Source: the human T2T-CHM13v2.0 reference genome, Homo sapiens | Length of the DNA stretch: 64,000 nucleotides | Assembly: GCF_009914755.1 (NCBI RefSeq) | Contig: NC_060947.1 | Direction: 5' to 3' (one strand) | In this document: positions 1-11,700 of the stretch, one piece after another | Position numbering within the stretch: position 1 is the first letter of the stretch | Layout: every line of letters starts with the position of its first letter | The notes under the pieces: model-generated | Told to the model about the DNA's origin: nothing | Databases searched by the model: none | Seen by the model: the letters and a program-made list of their open reading frames with translations, nothing else | Position numbers and translations under genes: made by a program

Positions 1-37
1 TTTCTCAGCGTGTTTGTGTTTAGTTATGGGAAATTAT

Positions 38-54
38 TCCCGTTCCCAACGAAA
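38..54 (-). promoter_or_regulatory. Variant CENP-B box in M1 (A10G at a core position; predicted impaired)
   Basis: Minus strand TTTCGTTGGGAACGGGA has G at core position 10 instead of A. Confidence 0.8.
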
Positions 55-550
55 TCCTCAGAGAGGTCCAAATGTCCACCTGCAGATTCTACCAAAAGTG
101 TATATGGAAACTGCTCCATCAACAGGCATGTTCAGCTCTGTGAGTGAAACTCCATCATCACAAAGAACATTCTGAGAATGCTTCCGTTTGCCTTTTATAT
201 GAAGTTCCTTCCTATACGACCGTAGGCCTCAAAGCAGTCCAAATCTCCATTTGCAGATTCTACAAAAAGAGTGATTCCAATCTGCTCTATCAATAGGATT
301 GTTCAACTCCATGAGTTGAATGCCATCCTCACAAAGTCGTTTCTGAGAATGCTTCTATCTAGTTTTTATGTGAAGATATTTCCTTTTCCACCACAGGCCT
401 CAAAGCCCTCCAAACGTCCACTTGCACATTCTCGAAAAAGACTGTTTCATAGCTGGTCTTTCAAAAGGAAAGTTCAACTCTGGGAGTTGAATACAAACAT
501 CACAAAGTAGTTTCCGAGAATGCTTCTGTTTAGTTCTTATGTGAAGATGA

Positions 551-567
551 TCCCGTTTCCAGTGAAA
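551..567 (-). promoter_or_regulatory. Degenerate B-type box in M4 (similar degenerate boxes in M5 ~722-738 and M11 1757-1773)
   Basis: M4 reads TTTCACTGGAAACGGGA (TTCA, not TTCG). M5 reads CTTCGTTTGAAACGTCT (no CGGG). M11 reads TTTCTTTGGAAACGGGA (TTCT). Confidence 0.8.
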
Positions 568-1571
568 TCTTCAAAGAGGTCCACATATCCCCTTGCAGAT
601 TCCAAAGAAAGAGGGTTTCAAAACTGCTCCATCAAAAGGATTGTTCAACTCTGTGAGTTGAATGCAGTCATCGCAGAAAACTTTCTGAGAATGCTTCTGT
701 CTAGGTTTGATGTGAAGATATAGACGTTTCAAACGAAGGCTACAAAGTGGTCAAAATATACACTTGCAGATTCTACTACAAGGCTGTTGCAAACCTGAAC
801 TATCAAAGGAAGGTTCAACTCTGTGAGTTGAATACAAACATCACAAAGAATGTTCTGAGTTTGCTTCCGTTCAGTTATGGGAAGTTGATCCCCTTCCCAA
901 CGAAATCCTCAGAGAGGTCCAAATATCCCCTTGCAGATTCTACAAAACGTGTGTTTGGAAACTGCTCCATCATAACGAATGTTCAGCTCTCTGAGTTAAA
1001 CTCCATCGTCACAAAGAATTTTCTGAGAGTGCTACCGTCTAGTTTTTATATGAAGTTCTTTCCTTTACTACCACAGGCCTCAAAGCGGTCCAAATCTCCA
1101 CTTGCAGATTCTACAAAAAGAGTATCTGCAAAGTGCTCTATCAAAAGGAATGTTCAACTCTGGGAGTTGAATGCAATCATCACAGAGCAGTTTCTGAGAA
1201 TGCTTCTATGTCGTTTTTAGGAGAAGATATTTCCTTTTCCAACACAGTCCTCCAAGCCCGCTAAATATCCACTTGCACATTGTAGAAAAAGTGTGTCGAA
1301 GCTGCGCTATCAAAGGGAAACTTCATCTCTGTGAGGTGAATGCAAACATCCCAAAGAAGTTTCTGAGAATGCTTCCGTTTAGCTTTTAGGTGAAGATTAT
1401 CCCGTTTGCAACGAAATCTTCAAAGAGGTCCAAATATTCCCTTGCGGATCCCACAGAAAGAGTGTTTCGAAACTGCTGTTTCAAAAGGAATCTTCAACTC
1501 TGTGAGTTGAATGCAATCATCACAAAGAAGTTTCTGACAATGCTTCTCTCTCGTCTTTCTGTGAAGATAAA

Positions 1572-1612
1572 GGAAAAGGCTTTCAGGCCTTTTCCACCAC
1601 AGGCCTGAAAGC
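1572..1612. repeat. Overlapping inverted repeats in the 186 bp monomer M10 (once per HOR)
   Basis: GCTTTCAGGCCT (1579-1590) pairs with AGGCCTGAAAGC (1601-1612), 10 nt loop. GGAAAAGGC (1572-1580) pairs with GCCTTTTCC (1587-1595), 6 nt loop. Confidence 0.9.
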
Positions 1613-1927
1613 GCTCCAAATGTCCACTTGCAGATTCTGCCAAAAGAATATTTCAAAACTGCTCTATGAAAAGCAATGTTAAACTCTGTGGCTCGAACAC
1701 AAACATCACAAAGCAGTTTCTGAGAATGCTTCAGTTTAGTTTTTCTGTGGAAATATTCCCGTTTCCAAAGAAATCTTCAAAGAGGTCCACGTATCCACTT
1801 ACACATTCTACAAAAAGACAGTTTCAAAACTGCTCAATCAAAAGGAGGGTTCAACTGTGTGACTTGAATGCAATCATCACTCAGAACTTTCTGAGAATGC
1901 TTCTCTTTAGTTTTTACGTGAACATAT

Positions 1928-1944
1928 ACCCGTTTCGAACGAAG
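1928..1944 (-). promoter_or_regulatory. Intact CENP-B box in monomer M12 (representative; recurs every 2,057 bp)
   Basis: + strand ACCCGTTTCGAACGAAG = minus strand CTTCGTTCGAAACGGGT; all 9 core positions present. Confidence 0.9.
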
Positions 1945-2945
1945 GCCACACAGTGGTCCAAATATCCACTTGCAGATTCTACAGAAAGAGTGTTTCGAAC
2001 CTGAACTCTCAAAGGCAGGTTCATCTCTGCGAGTTAAATGCATTCGTCATGAAGAACTTTCTCAGCGTGTTTGTGTTTAGTTATGGGAAATTATTCCCGT
2101 TCCCAACGAAATCCTCAGAGAGGTCCAAATGTCCACCTGCAGATTCTACCAAAAGTGTATATGGAAACTGCTCCATCAACAGGCATGTTCAGCTCTGTGA
2201 GTGAAACTCCATCATCACAAAGAACATTCTGAGAATGCTTCCGTTTGCCTTTTATATGAAGTTCCTTCCTATACGACCGTAGGCCTCAAAGCAGTCCAAA
2301 TCTCCATTTGCAGATTCTACAAAAAGAGTGATTCCAATCTGCTCTATCAATAGGATTGTTCAACTCCATGAGTTGAATGCCATCCTCACAAAGTCGTTTC
2401 TGAGAATGCTTCTATCTAGTTTTTATGTGAAGATATTTCCTTTTCCACCACAGGCCTCAAAGCCCTCCAAACGTCCACTTGCAGATTCTCGAAAAAGACT
2501 GTTTCATAGCTGGTCTTTCAAAAGGAAAGTTCAACTCTGGGAGTTGAATACAAACATCACAAAGTAGTTTCCGAGAATGCTTCTGTTTAGTTCTTATGTG
2601 AAGATGATCCCGTTTCCAGTGAAATCTTCAAAGAGGTCCACATATCCCCTTGCAGATTCCAAAGAAAGAGGGTTTCAAAACTGCTCCATCAAAAGGATTG
2701 TTCAACTCTGTGAGTTGAATGCAGTCATCGCAGAAAACTTTCTGAGAATGCTTCTGTCTAGGTTTGATGTGAAGATATAGACGTTGCAAACGAAGGCTAC
2801 AAAGTGGTCAAAATATACACTTGCAGATTCTACTACAAGGCTGTTGCAAACCTGAACTATCAAAGGAAGGTTCAACTCTGTGAGTTGAATACAAACATCA
2901 CAAAGAATGTTCTGAGTTTGCTTCCGTTCAGTTATGGGAAGTTGA

Positions 2946-2962
2946 TCCCGTTCCCAACGAAA
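2946..2962 (-). promoter_or_regulatory. Variant CENP-B box in M6 (A10G; predicted impaired)
   Basis: + strand TCCCGTTCCCAACGAAA, the same change as in M1. HOR1 and HOR3 also lose the CpG (CCCCTTCCC); HOR12 and HOR13 have CCCATTCCC. Confidence 0.8.
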
Positions 2963-3456
2963 TCCTCAGAGAGGTCCAAATATCCCCTTGCAGATTCTAC
3001 AAAACGTGTGTTTGGAAACTGCTCCATCATAACGAATGTTCAGCTCTCTGAGTTAAACTCCATCGTCACAAAGAATTTTCTGAGAGTGCTACCGTCTAGT
3101 TTTTATAGGAAGTTCTTTCCTTTACTACCACAGGCCTCAAAGCGGTCCAAATCTCCACTTGCAGATTCTACAAAAAGAGTGTCTGCAAACTGCTCTATCA
3201 AAAGGAATGTTCAACTCTGGGAGTTGAATGCAATCATCACAGAGCAGTTTCTGAGAATGCTTCTATGTCGTTTTTAGGAGAAGATATTTCCTTTTCCAAC
3301 ACAGTCCTCCAAGCCCGCTAAATATCCACTTGCACATTGTAGAAAAAGTGTGTCGAAGCTGCGCTATCAAAGGGAAAGTTCAACTCTGTGAGGTGAATGC
3401 AAACATCCCAAAGAAGTTTCTGAGAATGCTTCCGTTTAGCTTTTAGGTGAAGATTA

Positions 3457-3473
3457 TCCCGTTTCCAACGAAA
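3457..3473 (-). promoter_or_regulatory. Intact CENP-B box in monomer M9 (representative; recurs every 2,057 bp)
   Basis: + strand TCCCGTTTCCAACGAAA = minus strand TTTCGTTGGAAACGGGA, a perfect match to NTTCGNNNNANNCGGGN. The TTTGCAACG variant (e.g. 1400-1416) keeps all 9 core bases. Confidence 0.93.
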
Positions 3474-6400
3474 TCTTCAAAGAGGTCCAAATATCCCCTT
3501 GCGGATCCCACAGAAAGAGTGTTTCAAAACTGCTGTTTCAAAAGGAATCTTCAACTCTGTGAGTTGAATGCAATCATCACAAAGAAGTTTCTGACAATGC
3601 TTCTCTCTCGTCTTTCTGTGAAGATAAAGGAAAAGGCTTTCAGGCCTTTTCCACCACAGGCCTGAAAGTGCTCCAAATGTCCACTTGCAGATTCTGCCAA
3701 AAGAATATTTCAAAACTGCTCTATGAAAAGCAATGTTAAACTCTGCGGCTCGAACACAAACATCACAAAGCAGTTTCTGAGAATGCTTCAGTTTAGTTTT
3801 TCTTTGGAAATATTCGCGTTTCCAAAGAAATCTTCAAAGAGGTCCACGTATCCACTTACAGATTCTACAAAAGGACAGTTTCAAAACTGCTCAATCAAAA
3901 GGAGGGTTCAACTGTGTGACTTGAATGCAATCATCACTCAGAAGTTTCTGAGAATGCTTCTCTTTAGTTTTTACGTGAACATATACCCGTTTCGAACGAA
4001 GGCCACCCAGTGGTCCAAATATCCACTTGCAGATTCTACAGAAAGAGTGTTTCGAACCTGAACTCTCAAAGGCAGGTTCATCTCTGCGAGTTAAATGCAT
4101 TCGTCATGAAGAACTTTCTCAGCGTGTTTCTGTTTAGTTATGGGAAATTATTCCCGTTCCCAACGAAATCCTCAGAGAGGTCCAAATGTCCGCCTGCAGA
4201 TTCTACCAAAAGTGTATTTGGAAACTGCTCCATCAACAGGCATGTTCAGCTCTGTGAGTGAAACTCCATCATCACAAAGAATATTCTGAGAATGCTTCCG
4301 TTTGCCTTTTATATGAAGTTCCTTCCTATACGACCGTAGGCCTCAAAGCAGTCCAAATCTCCATTTGCAGATTCTACAAAAAGAGTGATTCCAATCTGCT
4401 CTATCAATAGGATTGTTCAACTCCATGAGTTGAATGCCATCCTCACAAAGTCGTTTCTGAGAATGCTTCTATCTAGTTTTTATGTGAAGATATTTCCTTT
4501 TCCACCACAGGCCTCAAAGCCCTCCAAACGTCCACTTGCAGATTCTCGAAAAAGAGTGTTTCATAGCTGCTCTTTCAAAAGGAAAGTTCAACTCTGGGAG
4601 CTGAATACAAACATCACAAAGTAGTTTCCGAGAATGCTTCTGTTTAGTTCTTATGTGAAGATGATCCCGTTTCCAGTGAAATCTTCAAAGAGGTCCACAT
4701 ATCCCCTTGCAGATTCCAAAGAAAGAGGGTTTCAAAACTGCTCCATCAAAAGGATTGTTCAACTCTGTGAGTGGAATGCAGTCATCGCAGAAAACTTTCT
4801 GAGAATGCTTCTGTCTAGGTTTGATGTGAAGATATAGACGTTGCAAACGAAGGCTACAAAGTGGTCAAAATACACACTTTCAGATTCTACTACAAGGGTG
4901 TGGCAAACCTGAACTATCAAAGGAAGGTTCAACTCTGTGAGTTGAATACAAACATCACAAAGAATGTTCTGAGTTTGCTTCCGTTCACTTATGGGAAGTT
5001 GATCCCCTTCCCAACGAAATCCTCAGAGAGGTCCAAATATCCCCTTGCAGATTCTACAAAACGTGTGTTTGGAAACTGCTCCATCATAACGAATGTTCAG
5101 CTCTCTGAGTTAAACTCCATCGTCACAAAGAATTTTCTGAGAGTGCTACCGTCTAGTTTTTATATGAAGTTCTTTCCTTTACTACCACAGGCCTCAAAGC
5201 GGTCCAAATCTCCACTTGCAGATTCTACAAAAAGAGTATCTGCAAACTGCTCTATCCAAAGGAATGTTCAACTCTGGGAGTTGAATGCAATCATCACAGA
5301 GCAGTTTCTGAGAATGCTTCTATGTCGTTTTTAGGAGAAGATATTTCCTATTCCAACACAGTCCTCCAAGCCCGCTAAATAGCCACTTGCACATTGTAGA
5401 AAAAGTGTGTCGAAGCTGCGCTATCAAAGGGAAAGTTCAACTCTGTGAGGTGAATGCAAACATCCCAAAGAAGTTTCTGAGAATGCTTCCGTTTAGCTTT
5501 TAGGTGAAGATTATCCCGTTTCCAACGAAACCTTCAAAGAGGTCCAAATATCCTCTTGCGGATCCCACAGAAAGAGTGTTTCGAAACTGCTGTTTCAAAA
5601 GGAATCTTCAACTCTGTGAGTTGAATGCAATCATCACAAAGAAGTTTCTGACAATGCTTCTCTCTCGTCTTTCTGTGAAGATAAAGGAAAAGGCTTTCAG
5701 GCCTTTTCCACCACAGGCCTGAAAGCGCTCCAAATGTCCACTTGCAGATTCTGCCAAAAGAATATTTCAAAACTGCTCTATGAAAAGCAATGTTAAACTC
5801 TGCGGCTCGAACACAAACATCACAAAGCAGTTTCTGAGAATGCTTCAGTTTAGTTTTTCTGTGGAAATATTCCCGTTTCCAAAGAAATCTTCAAAGAGGT
5901 CCACGTATCCACTTACAGATTCTACAAAAAGACATTTTCAAAACTGCTCAATCAAAAGGAGGGTTCAACTGTGTGACTTGAATGCAATCATCACTCAGAA
6001 CTTTCTGAGAATGCTTCTCTTTAGTTTTTACGTGAACATATACCCGTTTCGAACGAAGGCCACCCAGTGGTCCAAATATCCACTTGCAGATTCTACAGAA
6101 AGAGTGTTTCGAACCTGAACTCTCAAAGGCAGGTTCATCTCTGCGAGTTAAATGCATTCGTCATGAAGAACTTTCTCAGCGTGTTTGTGTTTAGTTATGG
6201 GAAATTATTCCCATTCCCAACGAAATCCTCTGAGAGGTCCAAATGTCCACCTGCAGATTCTACCAAAAGTGTATTTGGAAACTGCTCCATCAACAGGCAT
6301 GTTCAGCTCTGTGAGTGAAACTCCATCATCACAAAGAATATTCTGAGAATGCTTCCGTTTGCCTTTTATATGAAGTTCCTTCCTATACGACCGTAGGCCT

Positions 6401-8799
6401 CAAAGCAGTCCAAATCTCCATTTGCAGATTCTACAAAAAGTGTGATTCCAATCTGCTCTATCAATAGGATTGTTCAACTCCATGAGTTGAATGCCATCCT
6501 CACAAAGTCGTTTCTGAGAATGCTTCTATCTAGTTTTTATGTGAAGATATTTCCTTTTCCACCACAGGCCTCAAAGCCCTCCAAACGTCCACTTGCAGAT
6601 TCTCGAAAAAGAGTGTTTCATAGCTGCTCTTTCAAAAGGAAAGTTCAACTCTGGGAGTTGAATACAAACATCACAAAGTAGTTTCCGAGAATGCTTCTGT
6701 TTAGTTCTTATGTGAAGATGATCCCGTTTCCAGTGAAATCTTCAAAGAGGTCCACATATCCCCTTGCAGATTCCAAAGAAAGAGGGTTTCAAAACTGCTC
6801 CATCAAAAGGATTGTTCAACTCTGTGAGTTGAATGCAGTCATCGCAGAAAACTTTCTGAGAATGCTTCTGTCTAGGTTTGATGTGAAGATATAGACGTTT
6901 CAAACGAAGGCTACAAGTGGTCAAAATATACACTTGCAGATTCTACTACAAGGGTGTTGCAAACCTGAACTATCAAAGGAAGGTTCAACTCTGTGGGTTG
7001 AATACAAACATGGCAAAGAATGTTCTGAGTTTGCTTCCGTTCAGTTATGGGAAGTTGATCCCGTTTCCAACGAAATCCTCAGAGAGGTCCAAATATCCCC
7101 TTGCAGATTCTACAAAACGTGTGTTTGGAAACTGCTCCATCATAACGAATGTTCAGCTCCCTGAGTTAAACTCCATCGTCACAAAGAATTTTCTGAGAGT
7201 GCTACCGTCTAGTTTTTATATGAAGTTCTTTCCTTTACTACCACAGGCCTCAAAGCGGTCCAAATCTCCACGTGCAGATTCTACAAAAAGAGTGTCTGCA
7301 AACTGCTCTATCAAAAGGAATGTTCAACTCTGGGAGTTGAATGCAATCATCACAGAGCAGTTTCTGAGAATGCTTCTATGTCGTTTTTAGGAGAAGATAT
7401 TTCCTTTTCCAACACAGTCCTCCAAGCCCGCTAAATATCCACTTGCACATTGTAGAAAAAGTGTGTCAAAGCTGCGCTATCAAAGGGAAAGTTCAACTCT
7501 GTGAGGTGAATGCAAACATCCCAAAGAAGTTTCTGAGAATCCTTCCGTTTAGCTTTTAGGTGAAGATTATCCCGTTTGCAACGAAATCTTCAAAGAGGTC
7601 CAAATATCCCCTTGCGGATCCCACAGAAAGAGTGTTTCGAAACTGCTGTTTCAAAAGGAATCTTCAACTCTGTGAGTTCAATGCAATCATCACAAAGAAG
7701 TTTCTGACAATGCTTCTCTCTCGTCTTTCTGTGAAGATAAAGGAAAATGCTTTCAGGCCTTTGCCACCACAGGCCTGAAAGCGCTCCAAATGTCCACTTG
7801 CAGATTCTGCCAAAAGAATATTTCAAAACTGCTCTATGAAAAGCAATGTTAAACTCTGCGGCTCGAACACAAACATCACAAAGCGGTCTCTGAGAATGCT
7901 TCAGTTTAGTTTTTCTGTGGAAATATTCCCGTTTCCAAAGAAATCTTCAAAGAGGTCCACGTATCCACTTACAGATTCTACAAAAAGACAGTTTCAAAAC
8001 TGCTCAATCAAAAGGAGGGTTCAACTGTGTGACTTGAATGCAATCATCACTCAGAAGTTTCTGAGAATGCTTCTCTTTAGTTTTTACGTGAACATATACC
8101 CGTTTCGAACGAAGGTCACCCAGTGGTCCAAATATCCACTTGCAGATTCTACAGAAAGAGTGTTTCGAACCTGAACTCTCAAAGGCAGGTTCATCTCTGC
8201 GAGTTAAATGCATTCATCATGAAGAACTTTCTCAGCGTGTTTGTGTTTAGTTATGGGAAATTATTCCCGTTCCCAACGAAATCCTCAGAGAGGTCCAAAT
8301 GTCCACCTGCAGATTCTACCAAAAGTGTATTTGGAAACTGCTCCATCAACAGGCATGTTCAGCTCTGTGAGTGAAACTCCATCATCACAAAGAATATTCT
8401 GAGAATGCTTCCGTTTGCCTTTTATATGAAGTTCCTTCCTATACGACCGTAGGCCTCAAAGCAGTCCAAATCTCCATTTGCAGATTCTACAAAAAGAGTG
8501 ATTCCAATCTGCTCTATCAATAGGATTGTTCAACTCCATGAGTTGAATGCCATCCTCACAAAGTCGTTTCTGAGAATGCTTCTATCTAGTTTTTATGTGA
8601 AGATATTTCCTTTTCCACCACAGGCCTCAAAGCCCTCCAAACGTCCACTTGCAGATTCTCGAAAAAGAGTGTTTCATAGCTGCTCTTTCAAAAGGAAAGT
8701 TCAACTCTGGGAGTTGAATACAAACATCACAAAGTAGTTTCCGAGAATGCTTCTGTTTAGTTCTTATGTGAAGATGATCCCGTTTCCAGTGAAATCTTC

Positions 8800-11700
8800 A
8801 AAGAGGTCCACATATCCCCTTGCAGATTCCAAAGAAAGAGGGTTTCAAAACTGCTCCATCAAAAGGATTGTTCAACTCTGTGAGTGGAATGCAGTCATCG
8901 CAGAAAACTTTCTGAGAATGCTTCTGTCTAGGTTTGATGTGAAGATATAGACGTTTCAAACGAAGGCTACAAAGTGGTCAAAATATACACTTGCAGATTG
9001 TACTACAAGGGTGTTGCAAACCTGAACTATCAAAGGAAGGTTCAACTCTGTGAGTTGAATACAAACATCACAAAGAATGTTCTGAGTTTGCTTCCGTTCA
9101 GTTATGGGAAGTTGATCCCGTTCCCAACGAAATCTTCAGAGAGGTCCAAATATCCCCTTGCAAATTCTACAAAACGTGTGTTTGGCAACTGCTCCATCAT
9201 AACGAATGTTCAGCTCTCTGAGTTAAACTCCATCGTCACAAAGAATTTTCTGAGAGTGCTACCGTCTAGTTTTTATATGAAGTTCTTTCCTTTACTACCA
9301 CAGGCCTCAAAGCGGTCCAAATCTCCACTTGCAGATTCTACAAAAAGAGTGTCTGCAAACTGCTCTATCAAAAGGAATGTTCAACTCTGGGAGTTGAATG
9401 CAATCATCACAGAGCAGTTTCTGAGAATGCTTCTATGTCGTTTTTAGGAGAAGATATTTCCTTTTCCAACACAGTCCTCCAAGCCCGCTAAATATCCACT
9501 TGCACATTGTAGAAAAAGTGTGTCGAAGCTGCGCTATCAAAGGGAAAGTTCAACTCTGTGAGGTGAATGCAAACATCCCAAAGAAGTTTCTGAGAATGCT
9601 TCCGTTTAGCTTTTAGGTGAAGATTATCCCGTTTCCAACGAAAGCTTCAAAGAGGTCCAAATATCCCCTTGCGGATCCCACAGAAAGAGTGTTTCGAAAC
9701 TGCTGTTTCAAAAGGAATCTTCAACTCTGTGAGTTGAATGCAATCATCACAAAGAAGTTTCTGACAATGCTTCTCTCTCGTCTTTCTGTGAAGATAAAGG
9801 AAAAGGCTTTCAGGCCTTTTCCACCACAGGCCTGAAAGCGCTCCAAATGTCCACTTGCAGATTCTGCCAAAAGAATATTTCAAAACTGCTCTATGAAAAG
9901 CAATGTTAAACTCTGCGGCTCGAACACAAACATCACAAAGCAGTTTCTGAGAAGGCTTCAGTTTAGGTTTTCTGTGGAAATATTCCCGTTTCCAAAGAAA
10001 TCTTCAAAGAGGTCCACGTATCCACTTACAGATTCTACAAAAAGACAGTTTCAAAACTGCTCAATCAAAAGGAGGGTTCAACTGTGTGACTTGAATGCAA
10101 TCATCACTCAGAAGTTTCTGAGAATGCTTCTCTTTAGTTTTCACGTGAACATATACCCGTTTCGAACGAAGGCCACCCAGTGGTCCAAATATCCACTTGC
10201 AGATTCTACAGAAAGAGTGTTTCGAACCTGAACTCTCAAAGGCAGGTTCATCTCTGCGAGTTAAATGCATTCATCATGAAGAACTTTCTCAGCGTGTTTG
10301 TGTTTAGTTATGGGAAATTATTCCCGTTCCCAACGAAATCCTCAGAGAGGTCCAAATGTCCACCTGCAGATTCTACCAAAAGTGTATTTGGAAACTGCTC
10401 CATCAACAGGCATGTTCAGCTCTGTGAGTGAAACTCCATCATCACAAAGAATATTCTGAGAATGCTTCCGTTTGCCTTTTATATGAAGTTCCTTCCTATA
10501 CGACCGTAGGCCTCAAAGCAGTCCAAATCTCCATTTGCAGATTCTACAAAAAGAGTGATTCCAATCTGCTCTATCAATAGGATTGTTCAACTCCATGAGT
10601 TGAATGCCATCCTCACAAAGTCGTTTCTGAGAATGCTTCTATCTAGTTTTTATGTGAAGATATTTCCTTTTCCACCACAGGCCTCAAAGCCCTCCAAACG
10701 TCCACTTGCAGATTCTCGAAAAAGAGTGTTTCATAGCTGCTCTTTCAAAAGGAAAGTTCAACTCTGGGAGTTGAATACAAACATCACAAAGTAGTTTCCG
10801 AGAATGCTTCTCTTTAGTTTTTATGTGAAGATGATCCCGTTTCCAGTGAAATCTTCAAAGAGGTCAACATATCCCCTTGCAGATTCCAAAGAAAGAGGGT
10901 TTCAAAACTGCTCCATCAAAAAGATTGTTCAACTCTGTGAGTTGAATGCAGTCATCGCAGAAAACTTTCTGAGAATGCTTCTGTCTAGGTTTGATGTGAA
11001 GATATAGACGTTTCAAACGAAGGCTACAAAGTGGTCAAAATATACACTTGCAGATTCTACTACACGGGTGTTGCAAACCTGAACTATCAAAGGAAGGTTC
11101 AACTCTGTGAGTTGAATACAAACATCACAAAGAATGTTCTGAGTTTGCTTCCGTTCAGTTATGGGAAGTTGATCCCGTTCCCAACGAAATCCTCAGAGAG
11201 GTCCAAATATCCCCTTGCAGATTCTACAAAACGTGTGTTTGGAAACTGCTCCATCATAACGAATGTTCAGCTCTCTGAGTTAAACTCCATCGTCACAAAG
11301 AATTTTCTGAGAGTGCTACCGTCTAGTTTTTATATGAAGTTCTTTCCTTTACTACCACAGGCCTCAAAGCGGTCCAAATCTCCACTTGCAGATTCTACAA
11401 AAAGAGTGTCTGCAAACTGCTCTATCAAAAGGAATGTTCAACTCTGGGAGTTGAATGCAATCATCACAGAGCAGTTTCTGAGAATGCTTCTATGTCGTTT
11501 TTAGGAGAAGATATTTCCTTTTCCAACACAGTCCTCCAAGCCCGCTAAATATCCACTTGCACATTGTAGAAAAAGTGTGTCGAAGCTGCGCTATCAAAGG
11601 GAAAGTTCAACTCTGTGAGGTGAATGCAAACATCCCAAAGAAGTTTCTGAGAATGCTTCCGTTTAGCTTTTAGGTGAAGATTATCCCGTTTCCAACGAAA

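Larger units (their letters stand above)
1..2057 (-). repeat. Representative HOR copy (HOR1): monomer starts 1,169,340,511,682,852,1020,1191,1360,1531,1717,1888
   Basis: Monomer boundaries were anchored on the TTTCTGAG-like motif; the lengths sum to 2,057. Internal similarity M1~M6, M2~M7, M3~M8~M10, M4~M9~M11, M5~M12 gives a pentameric 5+5+2 ancestry. A-box-type monomers are M2,M3,M7,M8,M10; B-box-type are M1,M4,M5,M6,M9,M11,M12. Confidence 0.9.

Noticed and set aside
1579-1612. Stem-loop as a rho-independent terminator or structured ncRNA gene
   Set aside because: Eukaryotic satellite context, no U-tract and no transcription evidence in the sequence; reported only as a DNA inverted repeat.
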